Below, piece after piece: positions 10,608-20,177 of a DNA stretch of 64,000 bases; position 1 is the stretch's first letter; each line of letters starts with the position of its first letter. Where the stretch lies: contig OZ242029.1 of the NCBI GenBank assembly GCA_965205015.1, forward strand, positions 1,792,001 through 1,856,000, written 5' to 3'. The notes beneath the pieces are model-generated. The model worked only from the letters and a program-made list of their open reading frames with translations. It had not been told where the DNA came from and did no database searches. Made by a program: the position numbers and the translations under genes. This DNA is from Candidatus Poribacteria bacterium. Its GTDB lineage: Bacteria > Poribacteria > WGA-4E > WGA-3G.

Positions 10608-11042
10608 CGGATTCCGGTGTCAAAACCCCTGAATTCATTCGGGGGATGTAGACACCGCCTTCTTGGAAGGGACCAAAACATTCATTTTTCCATTGACGTT
10701 TGGTCCGAAAGTGTGCTATAATACTATTAGAGTGTAAGAGGTTGCTATAGAGGGTTGTTACGCGCCTACAGGGTTAGATTCCTATAGTGTAAAGCTCTAA
10801 TATCTAAAATCCCGCAAGCCGTAGCTTACAGTCGTTAGTAGGGAAAGACGCGTAATGGCGAATCCCGTTTGAAACATACGACTCAAAACTTTTCGTAAGG
10901 ACACTTCGGTGTCGCAGTTGGGATAGCAACTGTTGCAGTAGGACCGAGTAAGACTTTCGTAAGAAAGCAACGGTCGTTGATCGCACGAGTGCTTCTGCTT
11001 AACAATTGCAGAAGCCCCCGACTTCAGTCGGGGGTCTATCAC
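10608..11042 (+). mobile_element. Non-autonomous IS200/IS605-family element (no tnpA/tnpB) retaining both end hairpins and an omegaRNA-like right end
   Basis: Left hairpin CCCCTGAATTCATTCGGGGG; right hairpin CCCCCGACTTCAGTCGGGGG ending TCAC; preceded by TTTAT; no target duplication. Removing it restores thiG ...ATT GAA TAA followed by AAA ATG of the next gene. Confidence 0.85.
10693..10722 (+). promoter_or_regulatory. sigma70-type promoter inside the IS605-like element
   Basis: TTGACG-N18-TATAAT with extended -10 TG. Confidence 0.65.
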
Positions 11043-11809
11043 TCAATCATTCCGTCCTGCGGACTTGAGGCGGTCGCGTAGAGTTTGCGCGGAATACGTC
11101 CAGCTAAAAACGCCGCTCTACCCGCTTCGACTGCTTTTTTCATTGCCTCCGCCATCAGCACCGGACGATGCGCTTTCGCGACCGCTGTGTTGAGCAGAAC
11201 ACCATCACACCCTAACTCCATTGCTATCGCTGCATCCGATGCCGTCCCAACGCCAGCATCCACGATAAGCGGCACTTGCACAAGATTCCGGATAATCTGG
11301 ATATTATACGGATTGCGGATCCCCATCCCTGAGCCGATCGGGGCACCTAACGGCATCACCGCTGCACAGCCAATATCTTCTAATTTCTTACACGTAATCG
11401 GATCGTCGTTACAATACGGGAGCACGGTAAAGCCGTCTTTGACGAGTGATTCCGCTGCGCTGAGCAGCTGCTCCACATCCGGAAACAGTGTTTCCTCGTC
11501 TCCGATAACCTCGAGTTTGATGAGGGATGTCTCAAGTGCTTCACTGGCGAGGTTCGCTGTTAGAATCGCGTCCTTGGCTGTGAAACAACCGGCGGTGTTT
11601 GGAAGGATGGTCATACCCCGTTCACGGAGAAGCGCGAACAAATTCTCACCCGGTGTATCTGTAAATTTCACGCGACGCATCGACACCGTCGCAATTTCGG
11701 CACCGCTCGCGGCGATGGACTCCGTCATTATATGGAAATTCGGATATCCTGCCGTTCCGATAAGGAGTCTTGATGTATATATTTCGTCAGCAATTTTAAA
11801 TTCTTGCAT
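11039..11809 (-). CDS. thiG: Thiazole synthase
   Basis: [58 protein letters not shown]. Confidence 0.97.
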   Translation of the reverse strand: MQEFKIADEIYTSRLLIGTAGYPNFHIMTESIAASGAEIATVSMRRVKFTDTPGENLFALLRERGMTILPNTAGCFTAKDAILTANLASEALETSLIKLEVIGDEETLFPDVEQLLSAAESLVKDGFTVLPYCNDDPITCKKLEDIGCAAVMPLGAPIGSGMGIRNPYNIQIIRNLVQVPLIVDAGVGTASDAAIAMELGCDGVLLNTAVAKAHRPVLMAEAMKKAVEAGRAAFLAGRIPRKLYATASSPQDGMIE

Positions 11810-12060
11810 TTCTTCTTTTTTATTATTGAGTTTTCCCTAAACTCTATCCGTTGTTCAAAGCAAAGTTCCGTTAAAGACGCTATTTTTTGTAAAGTGCTAC
11901 GCCGACACGCTCGATCTGATCAACCATTTGGTTCTTCATAATCCTTCTGCCGGAGTTTACCTCTAAATAAGGGTTTGAATTAGTATAACACCTTCAAAAC
12001 CTCTTTATCAAGCGTTAAACGAAGGTCCGCATTTCCGAACGGACATGCTTTGCCGGAGTA

Positions 12061-12267
12061 TTATCCACCTTGGACGGCGCGGATAATCTCAACTTCACTA
12101 TTCTCGCGAAGTTCTGTTGCTTGCCACTCCATTTTCGGGATGACTTCCCGATCCACGGCGACGGCGATACCCGACTGTGTTGGATCCATCGCTAAAGCAC
12201 TGAGCAGATCATGGACATTCAAATTCGGACGGACCGCTTTTTCTTCGCCATTAACGCGTATCTTCAT
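12061..12267 (-). CDS. thiS: Sulfur carrier protein
   Basis: MKIRVNGE...IAVAVDREVIP...VEIIRAVQGG (C-terminal GG). Confidence 0.95.
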   Translation of the reverse strand: MKIRVNGEEKAVRPNLNVHDLLSALAMDPTQSGIAVAVDREVIPKMEWQATELRENSEVEIIRAVQGG

Positions 12268-12279
12268 TTTTGACTCCTG

Positions 12280-13422
12280 TTATACCAAAAATCTGTCCAA
12301 CCGAAACGAGGCAATTGTTTCTGAAGTCTCACCGGTCAGAATCAGTTTGGAGATCTCGTAAGCCGTGATAGGTGTAAGCAAGATGCCGTTGCGATAATGT
12401 CCAGTAGCGTATATCAGATTCTTGATGGGCGTTTCGCCAAGTATCGGTGCGTTGTCTCTGCTACCGGGGCGTAAACCTGTCCATGTTTCCAGAAGTGGGA
12501 GTTCATAAACACCCGGCACCGCTTCCCATGCGCCGCGGAGCAACTCAAACACACCACCGGCGGTTAAACGCGTATCAAATCCCATCTCTTCGCTTGTTGC
12601 ACCCACGAGAAGCCTGCCGTCGGCTCTCGGCACCAGATATACCGAAGTCGGATACCTTGCTCTGACAGTCCGGATAACGTTTTTAACCGTGATACCAGCT
12701 TCCATTTGCAGCGCCAGCATCTGTCCTTTCACAGGGCGCACCGGGGGGCGGATGGGATCTGGAATTCCCTCAATTTGGGCAGATTCACATCCTGCTGACA
12801 GCACGATAACATCTCCGTTTTGTTTCTCTCCATTTCGTGTCTTTACGCCAACCGCGATTCCGTTTTCTATGTGAATGTTTTCGACGGCGCTGTTTTCGTG
12901 CAGCACACCACCATATCTCTGATAGGCGCGTCCAAGTGCTTTCACCATCAGTCGGTTATCAACTTGATGGTCGCTCTCGCAGCGGATCGCCGCCGTCACA
13001 CGCGGTGAAAGCGCAGGTTCTATCTCACGCGCCTCCCGTCCTGTCAACCATGTAACATCCAATCCTAAATCTTGTTGTGCCGTATAGAGATGCTGGAGTT
13101 GATGTGTATCATCAGGTTCCAATCCGACGATGAGGGTGCCTTCCACCCGATACCCGATAGACATCTCGGCATCCGCCTCTAACTCCTGAACCCATTGCGG
13201 GTAGCATGCTAAACTTTGGCATCCCAGTTTCAGCAGGTCGGGTTCTTCGGTATGTGCTTCGGCGAGTGGGGCGAGCATTCCGGCAGCTGCCCAAGAAGCC
13301 GCACGCCCGGCTTCAGCTTGTTCGTGGATAGTGACGGAAGCCTCTGTTTTTGCTAACTGCCATCCGATACCGAGGCCAATCACACCGCCACCGATGATGA
13401 TAACGTTTTTTTTTCCCGACAC
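12280..13422 (-). CDS. thiO: Glycine oxidase
   Basis: IIGGGVIG, ASWAAAGML, VRPVKGQ, YLVPR, GLRP, GHYRNGILL; adjacent to thiS. Confidence 0.93.
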   Translation of the reverse strand: MSGKKNVIIIGGGVIGLGIGWQLAKTEASVTIHEQAEAGRAASWAAAGMLAPLAEAHTEEPDLLKLGCQSLACYPQWVQELEADAEMSIGYRVEGTLIVGLEPDDTHQLQHLYTAQQDLGLDVTWLTGREAREIEPALSPRVTAAIRCESDHQVDNRLMVKALGRAYQRYGGVLHENSAVENIHIENGIAVGVKTRNGEKQNGDVIVLSAGCESAQIEGIPDPIRPPVRPVKGQMLALQMEAGITVKNVIRTVRARYPTSVYLVPRADGRLLVGATSEEMGFDTRLTAGGVFELLRGAWEAVPGVYELPLLETWTGLRPGSRDNAPILGETPIKNLIYATGHYRNGILLTPITAYEISKLILTGETSETIASFRLDRFLV

Positions 13423-13538
13423 AGAAATATCCTTTTTATCTCTGTTGCTGCCTGATAGGTAAAGATTGGAGGGTTAGAAGATCGGAAAGCGTCCACTTTT
13501 CCATGCTTCCGCTTTCAGTATCATAATTTTTTGCGAAC

Positions 13539-14618
13539 CTATAGGGATCCCGTTTTAGATGAGTCCACCGGCATCGCATGCGCTGGAATTTCCACGCCCT
13601 GTTCACTCCAAAATTTGTATGCCCCGCGGTGTAGTGGAATTACAAAGGCTTTCGGTCCATTCTCTATCGTCATGTCTGCTGCGGCTTGGTTGGTTTGCAG
13701 CATCGTCTGATGGCCTTCCGAGGAATAAACATGCTTTAGAAGTTTATAGATAGTTTCCTCGCTCACCGCTTTGTTTGAGATGAGTACTGTTGGCATTAGG
13801 ATAGTGTTCACCGGTTTCACTTTGCCTTCATACGCGCCCTCTGGCAGAGCGCCGGGGAGGTAGAACGGATACTTTTCGTAGAAGCCATACTTTTTCGCAG
13901 GTGCGTCAAGATCGATCATCCGAATAGATTTAATCGCTGTCAACTGGATAACAGCACTGTTCGGCACGCTGACGAGCCACTGGAACCCAGCGACCTGTCC
14001 ATCTTGGAGAGCCTCAGCAGCAGCACTCCCGCCTTTGTAGATCGGCGTAAACTTTCCCCAGATGCCCACCAATTTTGATAGACGTTCTAACGTCTGTGCG
14101 GTCCCGGACCCACTCGCTCCAGAAGCAATTTTTTTCCCAACAATGTCTTCAAACTGATGAATATCACTGTTTGCCAGCGTCGAAAATTGGTCGTAAGCGA
14201 TGAAAAGCAGCGTTACCATACGAATGTTGGTTTTCGGTCCCTCTTCTGCGAAAATTTCTTCACCGTGGTAACCGAGGTAGCTTTCAGCAGCAAAAACAAC
14301 GCCAAGTGCTTCTGGGTCTTCGTTCACACGCCGCGTGTTTTCGACCGAACCTGCGGAAGCATCGACGGATATTTTCACATGTGGTTCCTGGTGGGCCAAA
14401 ACGCGACTCACGCCCCCGGCGAATTGTGAAAAACTACCGCCCATCACGCCACCCAAAATCGACAGCCACTCCTTTTTTGGGGGGACGGCATCACCTGTTT
14501 TCGCCTTTTCACTTGACTGCTTATCGCTACATCCGTGAAGGACAACCAGTGCAGCTAACAGGAGGGATATAGATATATGGCGTAAATTATGATGTGCGTT
14601 TCTGTCCTTTGTAAACAT
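13539..14618 (-). CDS. TAXI-family TRAP transporter solute-binding lipoprotein
   Basis: Lipobox LHGC; SAGSVEN, GASGSGT, IPLHRGAYKFW. Confidence 0.85.
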   Translation of the reverse strand: MFTKDRNAHHNLRHISISLLLAALVVLHGCSDKQSSEKAKTGDAVPPKKEWLSILGGVMGGSFSQFAGGVSRVLAHQEPHVKISVDASAGSVENTRRVNEDPEALGVVFAAESYLGYHGEEIFAEEGPKTNIRMVTLLFIAYDQFSTLANSDIHQFEDIVGKKIASGASGSGTAQTLERLSKLVGIWGKFTPIYKGGSAAAEALQDGQVAGFQWLVSVPNSAVIQLTAIKSIRMIDLDAPAKKYGFYEKYPFYLPGALPEGAYEGKVKPVNTILMPTVLISNKAVSEETIYKLLKHVYSSEGHQTMLQTNQAAADMTIENGPKAFVIPLHRGAYKFWSEQGVEIPAHAMPVDSSKTGSL

Positions 14619-14648
14619 AAGATTTCCTTTTTCGTTTGTATATTGAAG

Positions 14649-14772
14649 AGTTGTCGGTTATCAGTCGTCGGTTGTCGGTTAAGAAATTTGATGTAACGAT
14701 CTGTTTTGTCCTGAAATACGCCAAGTTGGGGCTATTTGGACAAAGCACCTCTTTAACTGAAAACTGATAACT
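14649..14772. repeat. Heptamer tandem repeats (GTTRTCR)n in inverted arrangement; family shared with 38870-38955
   Basis: AGTTGTCGGTTATCAGTCGTCGGTTGTCGGTTAAGA ... CTCTTTAACTGAAAACTGATAACT. Confidence 0.65.
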
Positions 14773-14930
14773 ATAAGCATACCAGATATTTTCTCGGATT
14801 TCAAGTGCTTTTCTGGCTTGGGTAGAAGCCCAATTTCCCGGAGGCTTAAATTTTCTTGATAAATCTTACGAAGACTGCTAAATTATAGGTGTAAAAGGTA
14901 ACCAAAGGAAAAGAAGGAGGCGAAAAAACG

Positions 14931-16190
14931 GTGAAACGCATCTTTTCATATCTGTTAGTGATGGGATTCAGTCTGTGCTTTATGATTAGCACGGTTGCTG
15001 TTGGTGAGGTTGCTCCAAAGAAACGCATTGCTGTTCTCTATTTTGAGGATCACAGCCGCTTTGATTCTCCTACCGGCTGTGGTTGTGTCCCCACTTTCAT
15101 CGGAAACATATTCAGTACAAAGAAACGATGGGATTTGGAGGCAGGATTTGCCAAAATGCTCAATCGGAAAGTCGTCGAAACGAATGTCTATGAACCCGTC
15201 AGCAAAGACGAACTTCTTGATGCGATGGCACTTATGACGCTCTCACGACAGAACCTCAGAAAGCTGGATCAGGCGCAGCTTGCAACGCTTGCGAAGCATC
15301 TCAATGCAGACGTAATTGTGGCAGGTGATATCCGCAAATTTAATCAGGAACGGTTGCGGGCTAACGCTTCGCGCACGCTGCGGGAAGGTGGACGTGAAGC
15401 GCAGCAAGGACTTGGGAAGGCGAGTCTCCTTGCTCCTGTTATCCTACGAGGGTCCCTACACCGTGCCACCATTAAACTGAACATGAAATTCTACAACGCC
15501 TCCGGTAACCTTTTGGCTGAGCCTCGAATCTCCGCCAGCCGCGACCACCGGTACACCGGCACAAAATTCGCTTCTCTTGAAGCCAGTATGACTGAGGAAG
15601 GAACAAACCTCTCTTTTGGTCAAACAAAGGACACGCAGCGGAAGAATCCACGCCCGATTGTTAAACCGACTGAACTGAATCGGATCCAGTTTGCAAGTGC
15701 CGAATACGACAGAACCCTTTTTGGCGTCGTAACCAATGAGGCGTTGATTAAGGTCGTTTTGGCACTTCGAGACAACGTAGGACCCAACTTCATTACGCCT
15801 TGGGAATCGCAACCTGCAACTGCCGAAAAATCAGGGAAAACCGATGCAAAGACAGCGGATGGACCTGTCAAAGGGCAAATTCTGTATGTTGATGAAGAAA
15901 ATCCGGATATGATCTACGTCAATATTGGTTCCGATAAAGGAATCGCCATCAACCAAGAATTTACTGTCCATACCAAGGGCAAGCCAGTGCGAGATATAGA
16001 TACCGGTGAAATCCTAACATACGTACCGAAGCAGATCGGGACCTTGGCGGTTTCCGAAATTCAGACGGGTAAAGTCTCTATTTTCCGTGTCGTTGAAATA
16101 ACGGAACCCCTGAAAAGAGGTGATGTCGTTAGAGCGGCTGCCCCCGAGCCCCCGGCGTCGGAAACGGAGACACCCGAGAAACAAGAGTAA
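14931..16190 (+). CDS. Exported CsgG/TolB_N-like protein with FlgT_C-like C-terminal domain
   Basis: GGAGG RBS + GTG; KKRIAVLYFED, LNADVIVAGDI, IYVNIGSDKGI, DIDTGEIL. Confidence 0.6.
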   Translation: MKRIFSYLLVMGFSLCFMISTVAVGEVAPKKRIAVLYFEDHSRFDSPTGCGCVPTFIGNIFSTKKRWDLEAGFAKMLNRKVVETNVYEPVSKDELLDAMALMTLSRQNLRKLDQAQLATLAKHLNADVIVAGDIRKFNQERLRANASRTLREGGREAQQGLGKASLLAPVILRGSLHRATIKLNMKFYNASGNLLAEPRISASRDHRYTGTKFASLEASMTEEGTNLSFGQTKDTQRKNPRPIVKPTELNRIQFASAEYDRTLFGVVTNEALIKVVLALRDNVGPNFITPWESQPATAEKSGKTDAKTADGPVKGQILYVDEENPDMIYVNIGSDKGIAINQEFTVHTKGKPVRDIDTGEILTYVPKQIGTLAVSEIQTGKVSIFRVVEITEPLKRGDVVRAAAPEPPASETETPEKQE

Positions 16191-16211
16191 ATCTTAAAAG
16201 GAGTGTTATAC

Positions 16212-17321
16212 ATGAAGCACCGCTCGACTTTTAACAGTATGCCTATCCTTAAAAGCAAGATTTATCTGAGATTGCTCCCCATTTTCTGCGTTTTAACGGC
16301 GTGTCTCGTCCTGCTATGTGGATGTGCTGACCCCAGCACACAAAAGGAGAGCGAAAAGGCGGATACGACTGCCACCCAGAAAATCAAAATCGGCTTGTCC
16401 ATGGATTCATTGCGTGTGGAACGCTGGCAGAAGGACCGAGATATTTTCACGACTGAAGCAGAGAAACTCGGTGCCGAAGTTATCGTTCAATCTGCGGATG
16501 GAGATGAACGTCGACAGAACGAGCAAGCCGAGAACATGATTACCCAAGGTGTGGATGTTCTCGTTGTTATTCCGAAGGATAGCGTCGCTGCCGCCCAGAT
16601 TGTCCAAACCGCGCACGCGGAGGGGATCAAAGTCATCGCCTATGACCGGCTGATCCGCGAGAGTTCACCCGATCTTTATATCTCTTTCGATAACGAACAG
16701 GTCGGATACCTGCAAGCCGAGTACCTATTGCGTCAGAAGCCAGAGGGTGCCTATTTCCTACTCGGTGGTGCGCCAACCGACAACAACGCACAACTCCTCC
16801 GACAGGGACAACTCCGTGCCTTGCAACCCGCAATTGACAGCGGTGCCATTCGTTTAGTCGCAGGAGGGGAACATTGGGCGGTTAATTGGGATCCGCGGGA
16901 CGCACTCAAAAAGGCGGAGCAGGTCTTGACACAGACGAACAACCAGATAGATGCTGTCGTTGCATCGAATGATGGCACAGCCGGTGGCGTGATACAAGCA
17001 CTTGAGGGACAGAATTTAGCAGGAAGTGTCCTTGTTTCGGGACAGGATGCGGAACTCGCCGCCTGCCAACGGATTGTCAAAGGCACGCAGACCATGACGG
17101 TTTACAAACCGATCCACCTCATCGCAACGAAGGCGGCACAAGCCGCTGTCGCACTCGCAAAGGGGGAAGCGATCGCTGAAGCAACACAGACCGTTAACAA
17201 CGGCAAAATTGATGTGCCATCGATCCTGCTGACACCTATTCAGGTTGACAAGGAAAATTTGGACGAAGAGGTCATTAAAGATGGGTTTCACACACGCCAA
17301 GCCGTTTATCAAACACAGTAG
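16212..17321 (+). CDS. xylF: D-xylose ABC transporter substrate-binding lipoprotein
   Basis: IGLSMDSLRVERWQKDRDIF, VIAYDRLI, ISFDN, GGAPTDNNA, ASNDGTAGG, SGQDAELAACQRI, QTMTVYKP. Confidence 0.85.
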   Translation: MKHRSTFNSMPILKSKIYLRLLPIFCVLTACLVLLCGCADPSTQKESEKADTTATQKIKIGLSMDSLRVERWQKDRDIFTTEAEKLGAEVIVQSADGDERRQNEQAENMITQGVDVLVVIPKDSVAAAQIVQTAHAEGIKVIAYDRLIRESSPDLYISFDNEQVGYLQAEYLLRQKPEGAYFLLGGAPTDNNAQLLRQGQLRALQPAIDSGAIRLVAGGEHWAVNWDPRDALKKAEQVLTQTNNQIDAVVASNDGTAGGVIQALEGQNLAGSVLVSGQDAELAACQRIVKGTQTMTVYKPIHLIATKAAQAAVALAKGEAIAEATQTVNNGKIDVPSILLTPIQVDKENLDEEVIKDGFHTRQAVYQTQ

Positions 17322-17467
17322 TTGTCAGTGGAGGAGTCTTCAGTCATGGGTAAACTTCAACAAGAATAGCACCAAGATTGTAGCGCGTAATGAAATGGAG
17401 CGCGGATTTAAGAAAAAGATGCTAAAGTCCAAACCCACTTTGTTTAACCGCAAGGAATAATTAAAGA

Positions 17468-18643
17468 ATGCCTATTTTTCTCATCGGGACGAATGCTCCA
17501 GACATCGGAATCGATGATCGGCTGAGTTGGGTTTGGCGTTCCGATGCCTATCAAAATCTCATCGTCATTGCATGCCTTATCGGTGCGGCGTGGCTCCTCC
17601 GATACGCCGCACAGCAAGCGTATTGGCGCAACGCCGCAAGACAAATTCGCAAGAACCCCCTCGCTATTGTTTGCCTTTTCGTTCTCTTAGGGTACCTCCT
17701 TGTCGGTGTGTTAGATAGCATCGGTTGGCGTGACCCACTCATACGGCAGACCGATCAAACACTTACCCGAAATGAGAGGGGTGCCGTTGTCTATAAACCG
17801 AGAGGGTTAAGTCTTCTTGATAGACTTTGCACACCGCTTCGGGAACGGACTGAAAAAACCTATTCCGCACCGTTAGCAACACATCTGTATGCGAAAAGCA
17901 CCCTCCAAACACCGGATGGACGCACGGTTCGCGACTATCCACCGCTTCAGTATCCCCGGCGTCATCTCCTTGGTACCGACAAAGTCGGCAATGATGTCCT
18001 CTACCGTGCTTTAAAAGGCATCCGCACAGGACTCGTTATCGGTGGATTGACCACCTTGATTGCTGTTCCGTTCGCCATATTTTTCGGTGTTATCGCCGGT
18101 TATTTTGGGGGGTGGATAGACGATGCCGTTCAGTACATCTACGCCACGCTCGATTCCATTCCGTCTATCCTTCTGATTGTTGCCTTTATGCTCCTCTTTG
18201 GACAGGGGTTATTCAATCTCTGTCTCATCATGGGCATCGGAAGTTGGACGGGACTGTGTCGTATCCTACGCGGTGAAACCTTGAAACTCCGGGAATTGGA
18301 GTACATCCAAGCGTCCGAAGCCTTTGGTGTCCATCGTGGACTTATTATTCTTAAACATCTCGTTCCGAACCTCATGCATATCGTGTTAATTTCCACCATC
18401 TTACGATTTAGTGGGCTGGTGCTCACAGAAGCGTTGCTCAGTTACCTCCAAATCGGTGTTGAACCGACGACGGGAAGTTGGGGCAATATGATCAACACAG
18501 CGCGTTTAGAACTCGCTCGCGACCCGGTTGTCTGGTGGAATCTCACTGCGGCGTTTGTGTTTATGTTCGGATTGGTACTCCCTGCAAACCTCTTCGGCGA
18601 TGCCGTCCGTGATGCCTTAGATCCAAGGCTGAGGACGGAGTAG
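17468..18643 (+). CDS. Peptide/nickel ABC transporter permease (DppC/OppC family)
   Basis: HLLGTDKVGNDV, GYFGGWID, EAA-loop LEYIQASEAFG, SWGNMI, GDAVRDALDPR. Confidence 0.9.
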   Translation: MPIFLIGTNAPDIGIDDRLSWVWRSDAYQNLIVIACLIGAAWLLRYAAQQAYWRNAARQIRKNPLAIVCLFVLLGYLLVGVLDSIGWRDPLIRQTDQTLTRNERGAVVYKPRGLSLLDRLCTPLRERTEKTYSAPLATHLYAKSTLQTPDGRTVRDYPPLQYPRRHLLGTDKVGNDVLYRALKGIRTGLVIGGLTTLIAVPFAIFFGVIAGYFGGWIDDAVQYIYATLDSIPSILLIVAFMLLFGQGLFNLCLIMGIGSWTGLCRILRGETLKLRELEYIQASEAFGVHRGLIILKHLVPNLMHIVLISTILRFSGLVLTEALLSYLQIGVEPTTGSWGNMINTARLELARDPVVWWNLTAAFVFMFGLVLPANLFGDAVRDALDPRLRTE

Positions 18644-18693
18644 ATAGCTTATAAGGAAAACGGGAAAGACCCATATTAGACCAATTAAAAGTA

Positions 18694-18719
18694 AACAACG
18701 GGCATCACTGCCCGTTGTT
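18694..18719. terminator. Hairpin between convergent genes
   Basis: AACAACGGGCA-TCAC-TGCCCGTTGTT. Confidence 0.65.
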
Positions 18720-18744
18720 CGCTTTTCGGTTTGTTCTAAAGAGA

Positions 18745-19206
18745 CTATTCCTTCTCAAATTCCTTAAGGAACCCGACAAATTCCCTACGATGTTTTTCCT
18801 CATCGGCGAGAAGTTTGATACAGAGGTCCTGTGTGACGTAATCGATCCCATCGCACATGCGGATAATCTTGTTGTATTGATCGCACGCGAGATTTTCTGC
18901 CTCAATCACACCACGAATCGTCGAAATAAGATCTGTGGAATCTTCTGGCGGTTGAAGCGATGCCTGTTCCGCTTTGAAGCCGAACGAACCTGGAACCCGA
19001 CCGCCGATTTCTTTGATGCGATTTGCTAATTCTTGGGCGTGTGTTAGTTCTGCTTGGATATCTGTTGCCAAAGATTTCTTGATTTCTTCAGCGCGGATGC
19101 CATCCAAATCGACGGAAATCGCAATGTAGTTGATGGTTGCCTCTACCTCAAGCCAATAGGCACGAGCGAGTTCTTCGATGATTGTGTCGGTTGTTGCTTG
19201 ACTCAT
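18745..19206 (-). CDS. Ferritin-like di-iron four-helix protein (ferritin/Dps/rubrerythrin superfamily)
   Basis: AYWLE, ELTHAQELANRI, EAE...QY, DEEKHRREF; AGGAG RBS; own promoter-like TTGAAA/TACACT at ~19267-19295. Confidence 0.8.
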   Translation of the reverse strand: MSQATTDTIIEELARAYWLEVEATINYIAISVDLDGIRAEEIKKSLATDIQAELTHAQELANRIKEIGGRVPGSFGFKAEQASLQPPEDSTDLISTIRGVIEAENLACDQYNKIIRMCDGIDYVTQDLCIKLLADEEKHRREFVGFLKEFEKE

Positions 19207-19328
19207 AATATGTCTCCTATGATATAAGTGTTGTTAGAATTCCAGTTTTCTATTGCTACCTTTATTAGTGTAGCATACATCAAAACGAATTTCAATGCTT
19301 TTTTGTTTCAGAAACATAGATGAAACTT

Positions 19329-20111
19329 CTACGAGGGATTCAGACTCGGCATCACCCACGGATAGCCGTTCGGGTGCGGCAAGACTTCAAAGGGAATACC
19401 GTAGGTCTCCGATAACAGACCCAGGGTTAGCACCTTTTTAGGCGGACCGCACGCAACGGAAACCCCCTCTTTCAACAGCAGCAGTTGGTCGGCATACATT
19501 GATGCGAGATTCAGGTCATGAATTGCCGTGATAGCGGTTTTACCGTGTTCACAAATCGTTTTGCACAAGTTGAGTATCTGCACTTGGTGTCTCGGATCCA
19601 GATGATTCGTTGGTTCATCTAACAGGAACAGTTCCGGTGCCTGTGTGAGGATCCGCGCAACATCAACACGGCTCGCCTCACCGCCGGATAACGTTGGATA
19701 GAGCCGTTCCGCAAACATGTGGGCTTCAACCTGTCGCAATGCTTCCTGAGCAATTAAGAGATCAGCAGTTGTTTCTTTTCTGCCGTTAAGGTATGGGTGT
19801 CGCCCGAATAATGCAATCTCCAAGCTGGTGAAAGGGAAGTTTAGGTCCCTTTTTTGTTGGAGATAGGCTCGGAGGCGTGCCAATTTTTGGGGCGTGTAAC
19901 TGTGAATCGGTTTACCAAGGAGTCGTATTGCCCCCGTCGTTGGCGAAAGTTCACCCGAAATCAGTCGTAAGAGCGTGGACTTACCCGCACCGTTGGGACC
20001 GACGAAACCCCAGAGCATCCCTTTTTCAATTCTGATGTTGATGTCGCGGACTAACCAATTCCCACCAATACGATAACCAACCCCTTCCAATTCGATCATC
20101 TTTACCTCCAA
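19329..20111 (-). CDS. hmuV: Heme ABC transporter ATP-binding protein
   Basis: GPNGAGKST, YPTLSGGE, LLDEPT, HDLNLA; heme-uptake context. Confidence 0.85.
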   Translation of the reverse strand: MEVKMIELEGVGYRIGGNWLVRDINIRIEKGMLWGFVGPNGAGKSTLLRLISGELSPTTGAIRLLGKPIHSYTPQKLARLRAYLQQKRDLNFPFTSLEIALFGRHPYLNGRKETTADLLIAQEALRQVEAHMFAERLYPTLSGGEASRVDVARILTQAPELFLLDEPTNHLDPRHQVQILNLCKTICEHGKTAITAIHDLNLASMYADQLLLLKEGVSVACGPPKKVLTLGLLSETYGIPFEVLPHPNGYPWVMPSLNPS

Positions 20112-20177
20112 AAACTTAGGGAAGTGCGCCTTATACTGGCGATTGTCAGTGTAGGAGCGAGCTGTGCTCGCGATTTC

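Noticed and set aside
10725-10910. Group I intron (IStron) inside the IS605-like element
   Set aside because: Only a Q-like AATCCCGCAAGCC is present; P7/R/S elements and a terminal G were not found.
11085-11840. 251-aa plus-strand ORF downstream of the IS element as cargo or tnpB
   Set aside because: Exact antisense shadow of thiG; no RuvC or zinc-finger motifs.
13423-13538. TPP riboswitch upstream of thiO
   Set aside because: No GGGG...CTGAGA...ACCTG...GCGNAGG consensus seen.
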